A stretch of 64,000 bases of DNA, taken from NCBI GenBank assembly GCA_963827165.1, contig CAWGZR010000005.1, positions 64,001-128,000 on the forward strand. Reading direction: 5' to 3'. Below the pieces are notes generated by a model. The model had not been told where the DNA came from and searched no databases. It saw nothing but the letters and a program-made list of their open reading frames with translations. Below are positions 41,545 to 49,548 of this stretch, piece after piece. A program made the translations under genes and the position numbers. How positions within the stretch are numbered: position 1 is the first letter of the stretch; every line of letters begins with the position of its first letter. The DNA comes from Candidatus Bathyarchaeota archaeon. GTDB lineage: Archaea > Thermoproteota > Bathyarchaeia > Bathyarchaeales > Bathycorpusculaceae.

Positions 41545-41726
41545 TAAACACTTGCTGCTCTCTTTGCTACAGTCTCAATCTTTGCTTTGTCTAAATCCCA
41601 ATTATCAAGTGTATCTTTGTCAGGGACTAAGTTATCTGGTAAATTAATATCAAACTCTACTTTGTGTATCTCCCTACATGTTGGGCATTGAACATTGAAC
41701 AGAAATTTATGTTTCTTAACACCCAT
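41544..41726 (-). CDS. Small CxxC protein
   Basis: H...CPTC...H; ATG at 41726 in a TAATG overlap. Confidence 0.6.
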   Translation of the reverse strand: MGVKKHKFLFNVQCPTCREIHKVEFDINLPDNLVPDKDTLDNWDLDKAKIETVAKRAASV

Positions 41727-41851
41727 TAAACAATATCCCCTAATAGTATTCTTCCACACTCACAACAGAGAAACCGTTGTTTCTTTCCCTGTCTGGTAAT
41801 CTGCTTACCAGCCTTAACGATGTGAAGACTGCCACATTGACATTTTTCCAA
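41726..41851 (-). CDS. InsA-like zinc-ribbon microprotein (copy 2; not in ORF track)
   Basis: MEKCQCGSLHIVKAGKQITRQGKKQRFLCCECGRILLGDIV; TTG start after GGGGT. Confidence 0.75.
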   Translation of the reverse strand: MEKCQCGSLHIVKAGKQITRQGKKQRFLCCECGRILLGDIV

Positions 41852-41989
41852 GTTAGCTACCCCTAATCTATTGATTCATAGAAAGGTATATTAATACTTC
41901 ATGGTACTTCACTATACCCTAAACTTGATTTTTTTAGCTGTAGAAAACTTGGATTCACTATAAAAAGAGTATTGATTGTTCTTTCAGCT

Positions 41990-42023
41990 TCTTATTCTAC
42001 CGTGCTAAGACCGTACAATTAGA
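41990..42023. repeat. 34-bp palindromic site R1
   Basis: TCTTATTCTACCG-TGCTAAGA-CCGTACAATTAGA; overlaps the stop codon of the ParB-N gene. Confidence 0.8.
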
Positions 42024-43668
42024 GTTTCTTTCTTCCTTTAATGTACCAAGCGAAGCGTTCTAAGGTTTCAGTTTCTTTGAGAGATAATAGTTTATTTTCT
42101 TCTTCGCGGAATGGTTCCCAACCACTCCTAAACTTCCCATATTTTTTAAACAATAAGGGATGAATCTTATTGAAAGCTTTTTTTAGTGATAATTTCTTAT
42201 TTGAGAAGTCGGTAGTCAATTGTTGATGTATTTCTGGAAATATTGTTTTACTGGTTTCTATTAGGAGTACAGAATCGAGTTTTTCTATTGCTTTGTTTTC
42301 TTCTTCAAATGATGGTGGAAGAACCGTGTTTCTAACCATACTATTTTTGATTGGAATCTCTAATAGTTGAATTAATTGTAGTTTTAATGCTCGTATTCTT
42401 TTCTCTTCACTCTTCTGGATAAGCTCAATAGCTTCTTCTTTGATTGGGCTATGAACAAGAACATCTATTTTATGGCAGATATTAGCAAGTTTAGCTATTG
42501 GGTCTGTTGCATAATTCTCGGGGTTAATAGTATCTATTTTTTCTTGCTGGTCTGGATGGGAAACTTTGATATTTTTAATGTAATCTGTGATACGAGCAGT
42601 AGCTTCTTCTTCTGTTAGATATTCTATTGGATAGAATTTTTCTGTATTGTCATTGATGTCGTTTGATACATATTTTTCTGTACCAAATATTTTAGAATAA
42701 TCAGTATGAGCTAATAATAGAGGTTTCCAATCAGCTAAGTTATTTTCTACTAATTTCTTTCCAAGGTCTGTTAAGTAATATTTGTATTTGGCTTCATGCG
42801 ATTCAAAGCTATGTAGATTTTCTCTGCGTATTAAAAGGTTCAATACCAATGTGTTTATTGCAGTATTAAGAGAGTGACTAAAGTTACGAGCATAACCATC
42901 ATTTTTGGCTTTTACTTCGAGAAGTCCTATAACCTCAATGAAATCTGATTGTTTTAATCCTTCTTTGTTTGGTATAGTAAATATGTAAGCTGCTTCCTTT
43001 GTATCATGTTTATAATAATTTTCAAAATAGTTGATGTAAACCAAGAAGGCTTTTTGTTGTAGTGATAATCTATGTGATTTTTCGGCGAACTTTCTTGCTT
43101 TCTCCATCATTCTTTGTTCGGGTGAAATCTTGAATCCCATACGTTCAAATGGGTTTTTTTTAGACTCGGGTTTTACAGAAACATAAGAAGCATATTGTTT
43201 GTTTCCAACTAATTTCCCTTCATATTCGTAATGATGAACGTCTTGCTCGTTCATATCTAATAGGGCTGCTTTCTCCACTGCTGGTAATTCGCTATCGTTT
43301 ACAGAAACAGCAAACTCTTCTTCTGTAAGTGGAGTACGTTTGTGATTAGCAGCACGAGCTATCTTATGAGCTTCTTCTTTGCTTAACCCTTCGTAGATTT
43401 TAGCTTCTAAGGTCTGTTTCTCTGAGTATTCTTTAGTGCCTTTAGTTCTACAGAATCCATCCAGTAGTTGATATTTGTCTCCTGTCTTCAATAAAAGGAT
43501 AGGATAAAGCTGTCCTTCTGATTCGATGCTTTTGGCTAAGTTCTCTAATCTCTTAGGGTTGTAGTCTAATCTGCTTTGATATGTCTCGTCTTTAAGATCT
43601 ATCTTGTCTATTTGGAAATCTGGAACATAAAGAGGTTTTTTACTTGTTTCCTTTTGTGATGCTTTCAA
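42019..43668 (-). CDS. Large ParB-N-domain protein
   Basis: LAKSIESEGQLYPI...LLDGFCR, AANHKR..LT..E; later winged-helix-like YYLTDLGK. Confidence 0.85.
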   Translation of the reverse strand: MKASQKETSKKPLYVPDFQIDKIDLKDETYQSRLDYNPKRLENLAKSIESEGQLYPILLLKTGDKYQLLDGFCRTKGTKEYSEKQTLEAKIYEGLSKEEAHKIARAANHKRTPLTEEEFAVSVNDSELPAVEKAALLDMNEQDVHHYEYEGKLVGNKQYASYVSVKPESKKNPFERMGFKISPEQRMMEKARKFAEKSHRLSLQQKAFLVYINYFENYYKHDTKEAAYIFTIPNKEGLKQSDFIEVIGLLEVKAKNDGYARNFSHSLNTAINTLVLNLLIRRENLHSFESHEAKYKYYLTDLGKKLVENNLADWKPLLLAHTDYSKIFGTEKYVSNDINDNTEKFYPIEYLTEEEATARITDYIKNIKVSHPDQQEKIDTINPENYATDPIAKLANICHKIDVLVHSPIKEEAIELIQKSEEKRIRALKLQLIQLLEIPIKNSMVRNTVLPPSFEEENKAIEKLDSVLLIETSKTIFPEIHQQLTTDFSNKKLSLKKAFNKIHPLLFKKYGKFRSGWEPFREEENKLLSLKETETLERFAWYIKGRKKL

Positions 43669-43691
43669 AGTTGTTCTACCTCATAAGCCCT

Positions 43692-43823
43692 CTATTCTGT
43701 AGGGTTTAACACTCTGCCACAATCTTGGCATTGATACCTCTGAGTTTTTCCCTTTCTCGTAACCCTAAAACCCATCTTTACGATATGGGTACTTCCACAG
43801 ACGCATTTAGTTGGTTTACTCAC
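43692..43823 (-). CDS. InsA-like zinc-ribbon microprotein (copy 1; not in ORF track)
   Basis: MSKPTKCVCGSTHIVKMGFRVTRKGKTQRYQCQDCGRVLNPTE; alternative TTG start at 43841. Confidence 0.75.
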   Translation of the reverse strand: MSKPTKCVCGSTHIVKMGFRVTRKGKTQRYQCQDCGRVLNPTE

Positions 43824-43943
43824 GGTCTTACTCTTCCCCAATATAGGTAGGTCTGTTTATAGATATAAAGATTATGGTTACTTCATATAGAATAGACCAT
43901 ACATCCTAAAGAAATATTTGTAGCCTCTCCCCATGACTGTAAC

Positions 43944-43977
43944 TCTTATTCTACCGTGCTGTCACTGTATAATAAGG
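43944..43977. repeat. 34-bp palindromic site R2
   Basis: TCTTATTCTACCG-TGCTGTCA-CTGTATAATAAGG. Confidence 0.82.
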
Positions 43978-44063
43978 AAATACTATTAGAGATAACAAAC
44001 CTTATTGTTTCATCTCATTAAGATGCAGATCAACCAATGCAAAAAGGGCAACGTTATTCGGTC

Positions 44064-44098
44064 TCTTAATGTAACCTTGCTGTCTATGTACAATAAGA
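44064..44098. repeat. 35-bp palindromic site R3
   Basis: TCTTAATGTAACCT-TGCTGTCT-ATGTACAATAAGA. Confidence 0.72.
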
Positions 44099-44116
44099 GA
44101 ATGATAATAAGCCTAT

Positions 44117-44150
44117 TCTTATTAGACCGTCACGGACTTTCTAATTACTA
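44117..44150. repeat. Degenerate site R4
   Basis: TCTTATTAGACCG left arm; weak right arm. Confidence 0.4.
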
Positions 44151-44520
44151 ACTGTTATTTTTTTATTGATGATTTAGCGAGCCTGAAACACCTTACTTCT
44201 ACAGGGAAATAATAAGATAAGTTAAAAGTGTTTTCAATCTTAAGAGATAGGGAAACACCTTACGAATATTATTACTCGGCTAATTACTTGAGGTTGAGGT
44301 CGTATCCCGTTCTTAGTATCCTGAAGCCTTAATGAAGGTGAACGAGCCATTTAGCCACTTTAAACTCTTCCGAGTGACCTTACTTGTTCATTAGACTTTC
44401 TCGCCAATGCATTCTCTACACAATCAAGAAGTAATAGAGCATTGGCATACAAACAATTACTCCTTGATTGGTTAGATATTAACCCCTTTCTCGGCTCACA
44501 TAAAAAGCGTTATGGTTCAG

Positions 44521-44554
44521 TCTTAATGTACCGTGACAGCACAGTATAATAAGA
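44521..44554. repeat. 34-bp palindromic site R5 (core inverted relative to R2)
   Basis: TCTTAATGTACCG-TGACAGCA-CAGTATAATAAGA. Confidence 0.82.
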
Positions 44555-44988
44555 GTCGTAAGCAAAGGACAGAAGTAAGAGAAAAACAGATTTGTTATTT
44601 TTTATTTTTTATAGTATCCAGTATACTATACTGGATTAGCCGTTTCAAGCATTAATGAAGCATATTTCTGTTTTGTTTGATACTGGTAGGGTTACTCTGA
44701 GGTATTGAGATAAGCAGTATTGATATTGATTTGATGCATGGATGTAGACCCCTTGAAAAGACCATACATGGAGACCAGCGAGACCAGTCTCTTAATAGCG
44801 AGAACCTACCATCCAAGAAACTTAGCGTATAAGCTAAACCTTATTGAATATGAGTTAAAACTGTACTTAACTATTAGTATCCTTGCAAGCGAGTGAAGTC
44901 TGTAAGACGGAAGGAGCGCAGCTATAAGTACAGTTAGTTAAAGCATGGAAAATAATGATTGTTAGTAACAGTTTAGTTACTTGAAAGG

Positions 44989-46089
44989 TTACTCTTCTTT
45001 TAGTATGTCTTCTGCTTGTTTGTCTCTCTCTTCTTGATCGTGTATTATTTCTTCTAAGCTGTAGTCTTTAGCTAATAATCCTCTTTCCTTGAATGCAGTT
45101 AGTAAGGAATTGAAAGCGTATTCTAAGTTGTTGTACTTTTTCTCTAATTCACTAAGTTTCTTAACCTGTTCCTTGCTAATGCCAGAAGCAGCTTGAAAGT
45201 CTATGTTTAGATAATCATTGTAGACTGTAGGGTACTTCTCTTCTATCTCAACTTTGAGCGTCTGTAAGTAAGTTCTATCAGAGACTCCTATAGCCTTACC
45301 GAGAATGAACTTGATTTGAAACTCGTTAAAGCCACATCTGCTTAACCGAGACATCAGCCATTTTCTTATATTGTGGAATCTTAGACCACCAGTAGTTTTA
45401 AGACCGCTATTAACAGCTAACCGAGAAAGCATTTTCTGAATACCATCTGGGGTAAAAGGGAATAGTTTAGGGTTATCGTCTTTTCTTGTTTCAAGGTATT
45501 TAGATAACCATTCGATTGCAAGGGGATTAAAGACCGCTAATCTTGCTTCGCTTGTTTTGCTTCTGGTATCTTCAAAGAAAATAAACTTCTCATCATTTGC
45601 TTTAGCATGTTCAATTAATCGATATACTCTTTCTCTCTCTAATTCTAAGAAACTTGATATTTCCCATCCTAAGCTTGAAGCTGTGGCTATGATTGCTTTT
45701 TCTTGAGTGTCTCCTACTTGGAATAACTGCTTAAGGTCTCCATTAGTAAAAACGTGAGACTCGTTATCAGCTTCAACTTTCCCTAACATGCCTCTTCTAA
45801 ACTTCACGCTTTTATTTATTTGAGCTAAATAAGACCTAACGGCAATAATAACAGCTAAGACGCTGTTCTGTTTTTCACCCTTTGCTAAGGCTTCTCTTCT
45901 ATAATTCATGATTGCGCTCTTAATATCGTCTGGTTCCATTTCTCTAAGTTTCTCTTCACTTAATCCAGTAGCAGCAAAAAAGTTTTGAATTCTGTTCTTG
46001 TACATTCTTCGTGTACTGGGGTTTGAGAATTCGTTTAACCAGCCTTCAATACTTTTGTTTGATACTGGTTTATTCTTTGATTCGCTCAT
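44989..46089 (-). CDS. Tyrosine recombinase/integrase
   Basis: N-terminal core-binding domain (STRRMY), R.KT, FHNIRK (HxxR), ILGK...DRTYL catalytic Tyr; first catalytic Arg position reads SLGWEISS. Confidence 0.88.
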   Translation of the reverse strand: MSESKNKPVSNKSIEGWLNEFSNPSTRRMYKNRIQNFFAATGLSEEKLREMEPDDIKSAIMNYRREALAKGEKQNSVLAVIIAVRSYLAQINKSVKFRRGMLGKVEADNESHVFTNGDLKQLFQVGDTQEKAIIATASSLGWEISSFLELERERVYRLIEHAKANDEKFIFFEDTRSKTSEARLAVFNPLAIEWLSKYLETRKDDNPKLFPFTPDGIQKMLSRLAVNSGLKTTGGLRFHNIRKWLMSRLSRCGFNEFQIKFILGKAIGVSDRTYLQTLKVEIEEKYPTVYNDYLNIDFQAASGISKEQVKKLSELEKKYNNLEYAFNSLLTAFKERGLLAKDYSLEEIIHDQEERDKQAEDILKEE

Positions 46090-46478
46090 TCGCTAACACC
46101 TTATTTGACACTCTCAATAGATACAGTATGGTTACTTACTTTTAAAGGTTGTTAGATATCAATACTTGTAGTATGTGTATTTAACATCTCAGCAACATAC
46201 GTATAAAAGCTTATAGATATGCTACTGCTGTCAGGGAATAATTTCGAACCATGAATCGCTCAGCATTTGAGAAACATTTTGATTCTTTCTAAAAATGCTT
46301 GTAACGCTTTCATTGTTATCTCGTCACATTTTGTCCAGCCTGAAGTCCTACTAGCAGAATTAAATCATTTGACGTTAATTCGTACATTCGCACCGTTATG
46401 TCTTAGCAGTTTCTTTACCGTTAGAAGTTGAGTTGATACTAAAAAAAAGGAGATGGATTTTTTGTTTTGCTACTCTAT

Positions 46479-49181
46479 TTATGGTTTTCTTCTAAGCAGT
46501 ATCATTGCGAGTATGGCGATTCCCACGATTATTACAATTATTGTTGCAATTCCTATGTACATAACGGCGTTTTGCGTAGCTATACCTGTGAGTGGTGTTG
46601 CTGTTGGTGCAGATGTTGCTGCTGGTGAGGCGGCGTAGAATCCTGTGGAAGCAGTTGATCCATAGTATGATTGTGTGCCAGCAAAGGTTGCGTATACAGT
46701 GTAGTTACCTGCAATGTCAGGTTTCCACGTAAATGAGTAGTCGCCTAAGCTGTTTGTTGTCGTTGAGCCAATTGATCGGTAGTTGTTATTGGAGTCCAAT
46801 ACGTAGAAATTGACTGGGACTCCTGTTATGTTGCTCGGCATTGGCTGCTGCTCGTAAACTGCCTCCATAAACGGTGTCATGCTTGCATCAGAAACACATG
46901 GTAAGCCATTAGGAAAGTTGGCTGCGACTGCATTTTGCTGTGAGCCTGCGGAGATGTCGGTCACTGATCCTGTTACGGTTATTTGAGTGGAAGTTGTTAT
47001 GCCAACATCTGGTGCTGTAACGGTTGTTTTACTTGGTCCCATGCCGAAACCGTATATTTGGTTGTCATAGTCGTTTATCGTTGTCATTACACCGTCTGAA
47101 ATTGCTGGGGCACTCGTAATGTCGAAGCCCAATATGCTCCATGCCAGTTTTCCAGTGGTAGTGTTTATGGCAAGTTCGCTAGCTCCATGGAATAACGGTG
47201 GACTGTACATGTGACCTTCTGGAACGAATAGCATTCCATCAGCGAGTGATCCGCAGGTGAATGTCCAAAGAGGCCAGACTCCATAGGGTGTGTTAGACCC
47301 AGCAGGACCTGATAGTGTGTTAGTATTTGTCTGCCACGCGATCGCGCCTGTGGCCATGTTAATGGCCCATACGTCTCCTCCGAATCCCCACAAGTAAAGT
47401 ACTCCGTTGGCGAGAACTGCTTGATAGCCGCCGATGCTGTCGTAAGGATTGGCGCCGGCCAGACTTGTCGTCCATAGGCTGGTTCCTGTAGTCAAACTGT
47501 AACCAACAAGTGTTGACGTCTCCTCGTTAACTACAGCATAGGTCGAATCTCCGACTGCCGCGATAGATATCCTTGAAAACGGGGTTTCTGTCCTATTAGT
47601 TATCCATAGTTGTGCTCCGGTATTTGCGTTGTAGCCTGCCTCGATTTGGAAGCCAGATTGGAAGAATTGTTCTCCTGTGTATCCTGCATCTGTCATCAGT
47701 ATAATTCCACTATTGATTGATGAAATCGCTAGAGTTCCAGGCAAAGCCGACGCAGATGGTAAAGGAACGCCGTTAAGAGTCGTGGGTAGTGGCACAGTCC
47801 ACATTATCCCAGCTGAGAATTGAATGGTGGATCCCAGCACAGGTCTCCAAGACCAGTTTTGGTAGCCTGGAGCTTGGCCATTAGGGTACAGAATTGCTTG
47901 TGTCGAATTCCACATATTCAAGGTGGGTGCATTTGGATTAGTAGCGTTTACATAGTAGCCAATCAAGTCTCCACTTTGATCTTCAACCAGCGTTAATGGC
48001 GCAAGTCCAGATGCGGCAGGCGCATTGACAACAGTAAGTATAGGCTGTCCAGTCATGGCATCTAGCATTCCATATGTTGCGCCGGTGTTGGGGGGTATTG
48101 TTGGCTCTTGGACCCAAAGGTAAGCTAAGCTTCCGTACTGATTGGGTGAAACATAATCGTATATTTGACCGCATCTAAGTGTCGTTGTGTAAGGAACTGC
48201 TCCTGATGTTGTTAAGCCTCCCGAGGTTTCAAGCAAACCCTGTTGTAGTTGTGGCACGGTATAATTAAGACCCGTGTCGGTCCATAGTGTTTGTCCAGTT
48301 TGTAAGTTTACTGCGGTAATGCCTGCTGGGTCTTGGTTAGAGTTCGGGTACTCGGTGTAGTAGAGAATACCGCTTATTATTACAGGTGCGAATTTGGGTT
48401 CATACTGGGATGTCGAGTAGAAATTGCTCGTGTCGGATCCTCCGAATTCTCCGCCCACTAAGCCTCCGAAAGACTCAGGTTTTGTCCATAGGATGTGAGC
48501 GGATGTTGGCGCAGTAGTGTATGGATTATAGTTTCCGGTAATATTGTACTCGCCTGTGTTGGCAAATGTGGATGTACCTAAACCAAGCCAGTTCCCGCTA
48601 ATTGTATACCATTCGTTGTTCACTGATTCTATTGGACGACTCCAATAGTTTGTTGGAAGCGGAGTTTGGGGTATCATTGGTACTGGCCCTTGTTGCACTA
48701 CAAGAGTGTATGCTAAGCTGGTGCTTGGTTCATAATAATCTCCGATGAATGCCTTTGTTGCGGCAGTTGTTGTGGAAATAAGATTTGTTCCTGCCAACGT
48801 CTGTCCCGGAAAGCTCATCTGGAAAGTGTAGTTGCCAGCTTGACTAGGTGTATAATCTGTATGTGTTCCTCCAGTGTCGTCGGCTGTAAAGGTTCCAAGT
48901 TTTGTAGTGGTTCCATCAGGTAACTTTACCGTTACTGCCAATCCAGTCCATCGATCGCCATAAACGCCGCTGGCTGTTGGTGTCGGCAAACCGAGCCAAA
49001 AGCCAACGTTAACTGTTTGACCAACGCCGGCAGGGTTAGGATTTACTTCAATGTAAGCGTATGTTGGAATGTTCCATGGTGGTGAATGCGCATTTACGTT
49101 TGGTACTAAAATCATTGAACCCGTCATAGAAAGCACAAAGAATACACAAATTGTTATAGCTGCGATTTTGTTTTTCAACAT
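46479..49181 (-). CDS. Secreted PQQ-like beta-propeller protein with Ig-like domains and C-terminal anchor
   Basis: Signal peptide; repeated A.N..TG...W blades; C-terminal TM plus RRKP. Confidence 0.88.
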   Translation of the reverse strand: MLKNKIAAITICVFFVLSMTGSMILVPNVNAHSPPWNIPTYAYIEVNPNPAGVGQTVNVGFWLGLPTPTASGVYGDRWTGLAVTVKLPDGTTTKLGTFTADDTGGTHTDYTPSQAGNYTFQMSFPGQTLAGTNLISTTTAATKAFIGDYYEPSTSLAYTLVVQQGPVPMIPQTPLPTNYWSRPIESVNNEWYTISGNWLGLGTSTFANTGEYNITGNYNPYTTAPTSAHILWTKPESFGGLVGGEFGGSDTSNFYSTSQYEPKFAPVIISGILYYTEYPNSNQDPAGITAVNLQTGQTLWTDTGLNYTVPQLQQGLLETSGGLTTSGAVPYTTTLRCGQIYDYVSPNQYGSLAYLWVQEPTIPPNTGATYGMLDAMTGQPILTVVNAPAASGLAPLTLVEDQSGDLIGYYVNATNPNAPTLNMWNSTQAILYPNGQAPGYQNWSWRPVLGSTIQFSAGIMWTVPLPTTLNGVPLPSASALPGTLAISSINSGIILMTDAGYTGEQFFQSGFQIEAGYNANTGAQLWITNRTETPFSRISIAAVGDSTYAVVNEETSTLVGYSLTTGTSLWTTSLAGANPYDSIGGYQAVLANGVLYLWGFGGDVWAINMATGAIAWQTNTNTLSGPAGSNTPYGVWPLWTFTCGSLADGMLFVPEGHMYSPPLFHGASELAINTTTGKLAWSILGFDITSAPAISDGVMTTINDYDNQIYGFGMGPSKTTVTAPDVGITTSTQITVTGSVTDISAGSQQNAVAANFPNGLPCVSDASMTPFMEAVYEQQPMPSNITGVPVNFYVLDSNNNYRSIGSTTTNSLGDYSFTWKPDIAGNYTVYATFAGTQSYYGSTASTGFYAASPAATSAPTATPLTGIATQNAVMYIGIATIIVIIVGIAILAMILLRRKP

Positions 49182-49548
49182 TTTTCTTTTTTCTCCTGAA
49201 TTTATTTATCCTGAGAAGAAATAAAATAAATATGGGCTTCTCAGGGCACGTTATTTTTCACAGATTTGGTATAAGTAATTTGCCTAATTTTTTTATCGTG
49301 ATTTAAAGCAAATAAGCGCTATTACTCAATTGATAAAGATACAAAATTAAATGAAAATAGTGGTTTTGCTTCAAAAAATAACCCTTCACAAAAAAATTCT
49401 CGCCGAAGAGGGAAAAAAAAAGGACGACACCCATGAAAGGAGAAAGCGGTCGACGATGGTACAGGGCATAGGCTCAGATTAAGCAAAGCATAAGGAATTA
49501 ATGTTTAGCATTACAGTTTAGAGTGTATGTGTTGTGGGGCGATTGAGT

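Larger units (their letters stand above)
36071..46233. mobile_element. Integrated tyrosine-recombinase element / defective provirus (borders approximate; left border may be ~37240)
   Basis: AT-rich segment with integrase, two ParB-N genes, Zn-finger microproteins and a terminase pseudogene, nearly all on the minus strand. Confidence 0.8.

Noticed and set aside
41990-44554. CRISPR array or integron attC interpretation of the R repeats
   Set aside because: Spacing is irregular (tens of bp to 1.9 kb), orientations are mixed, no cas genes are present, and there are no RYYYAAC/GTTRRRY ends.
36029-46480. tRNA integration target or long attL/attR direct repeat
   Set aside because: No tRNA fold and no convincing long direct repeat found by eye at either border.
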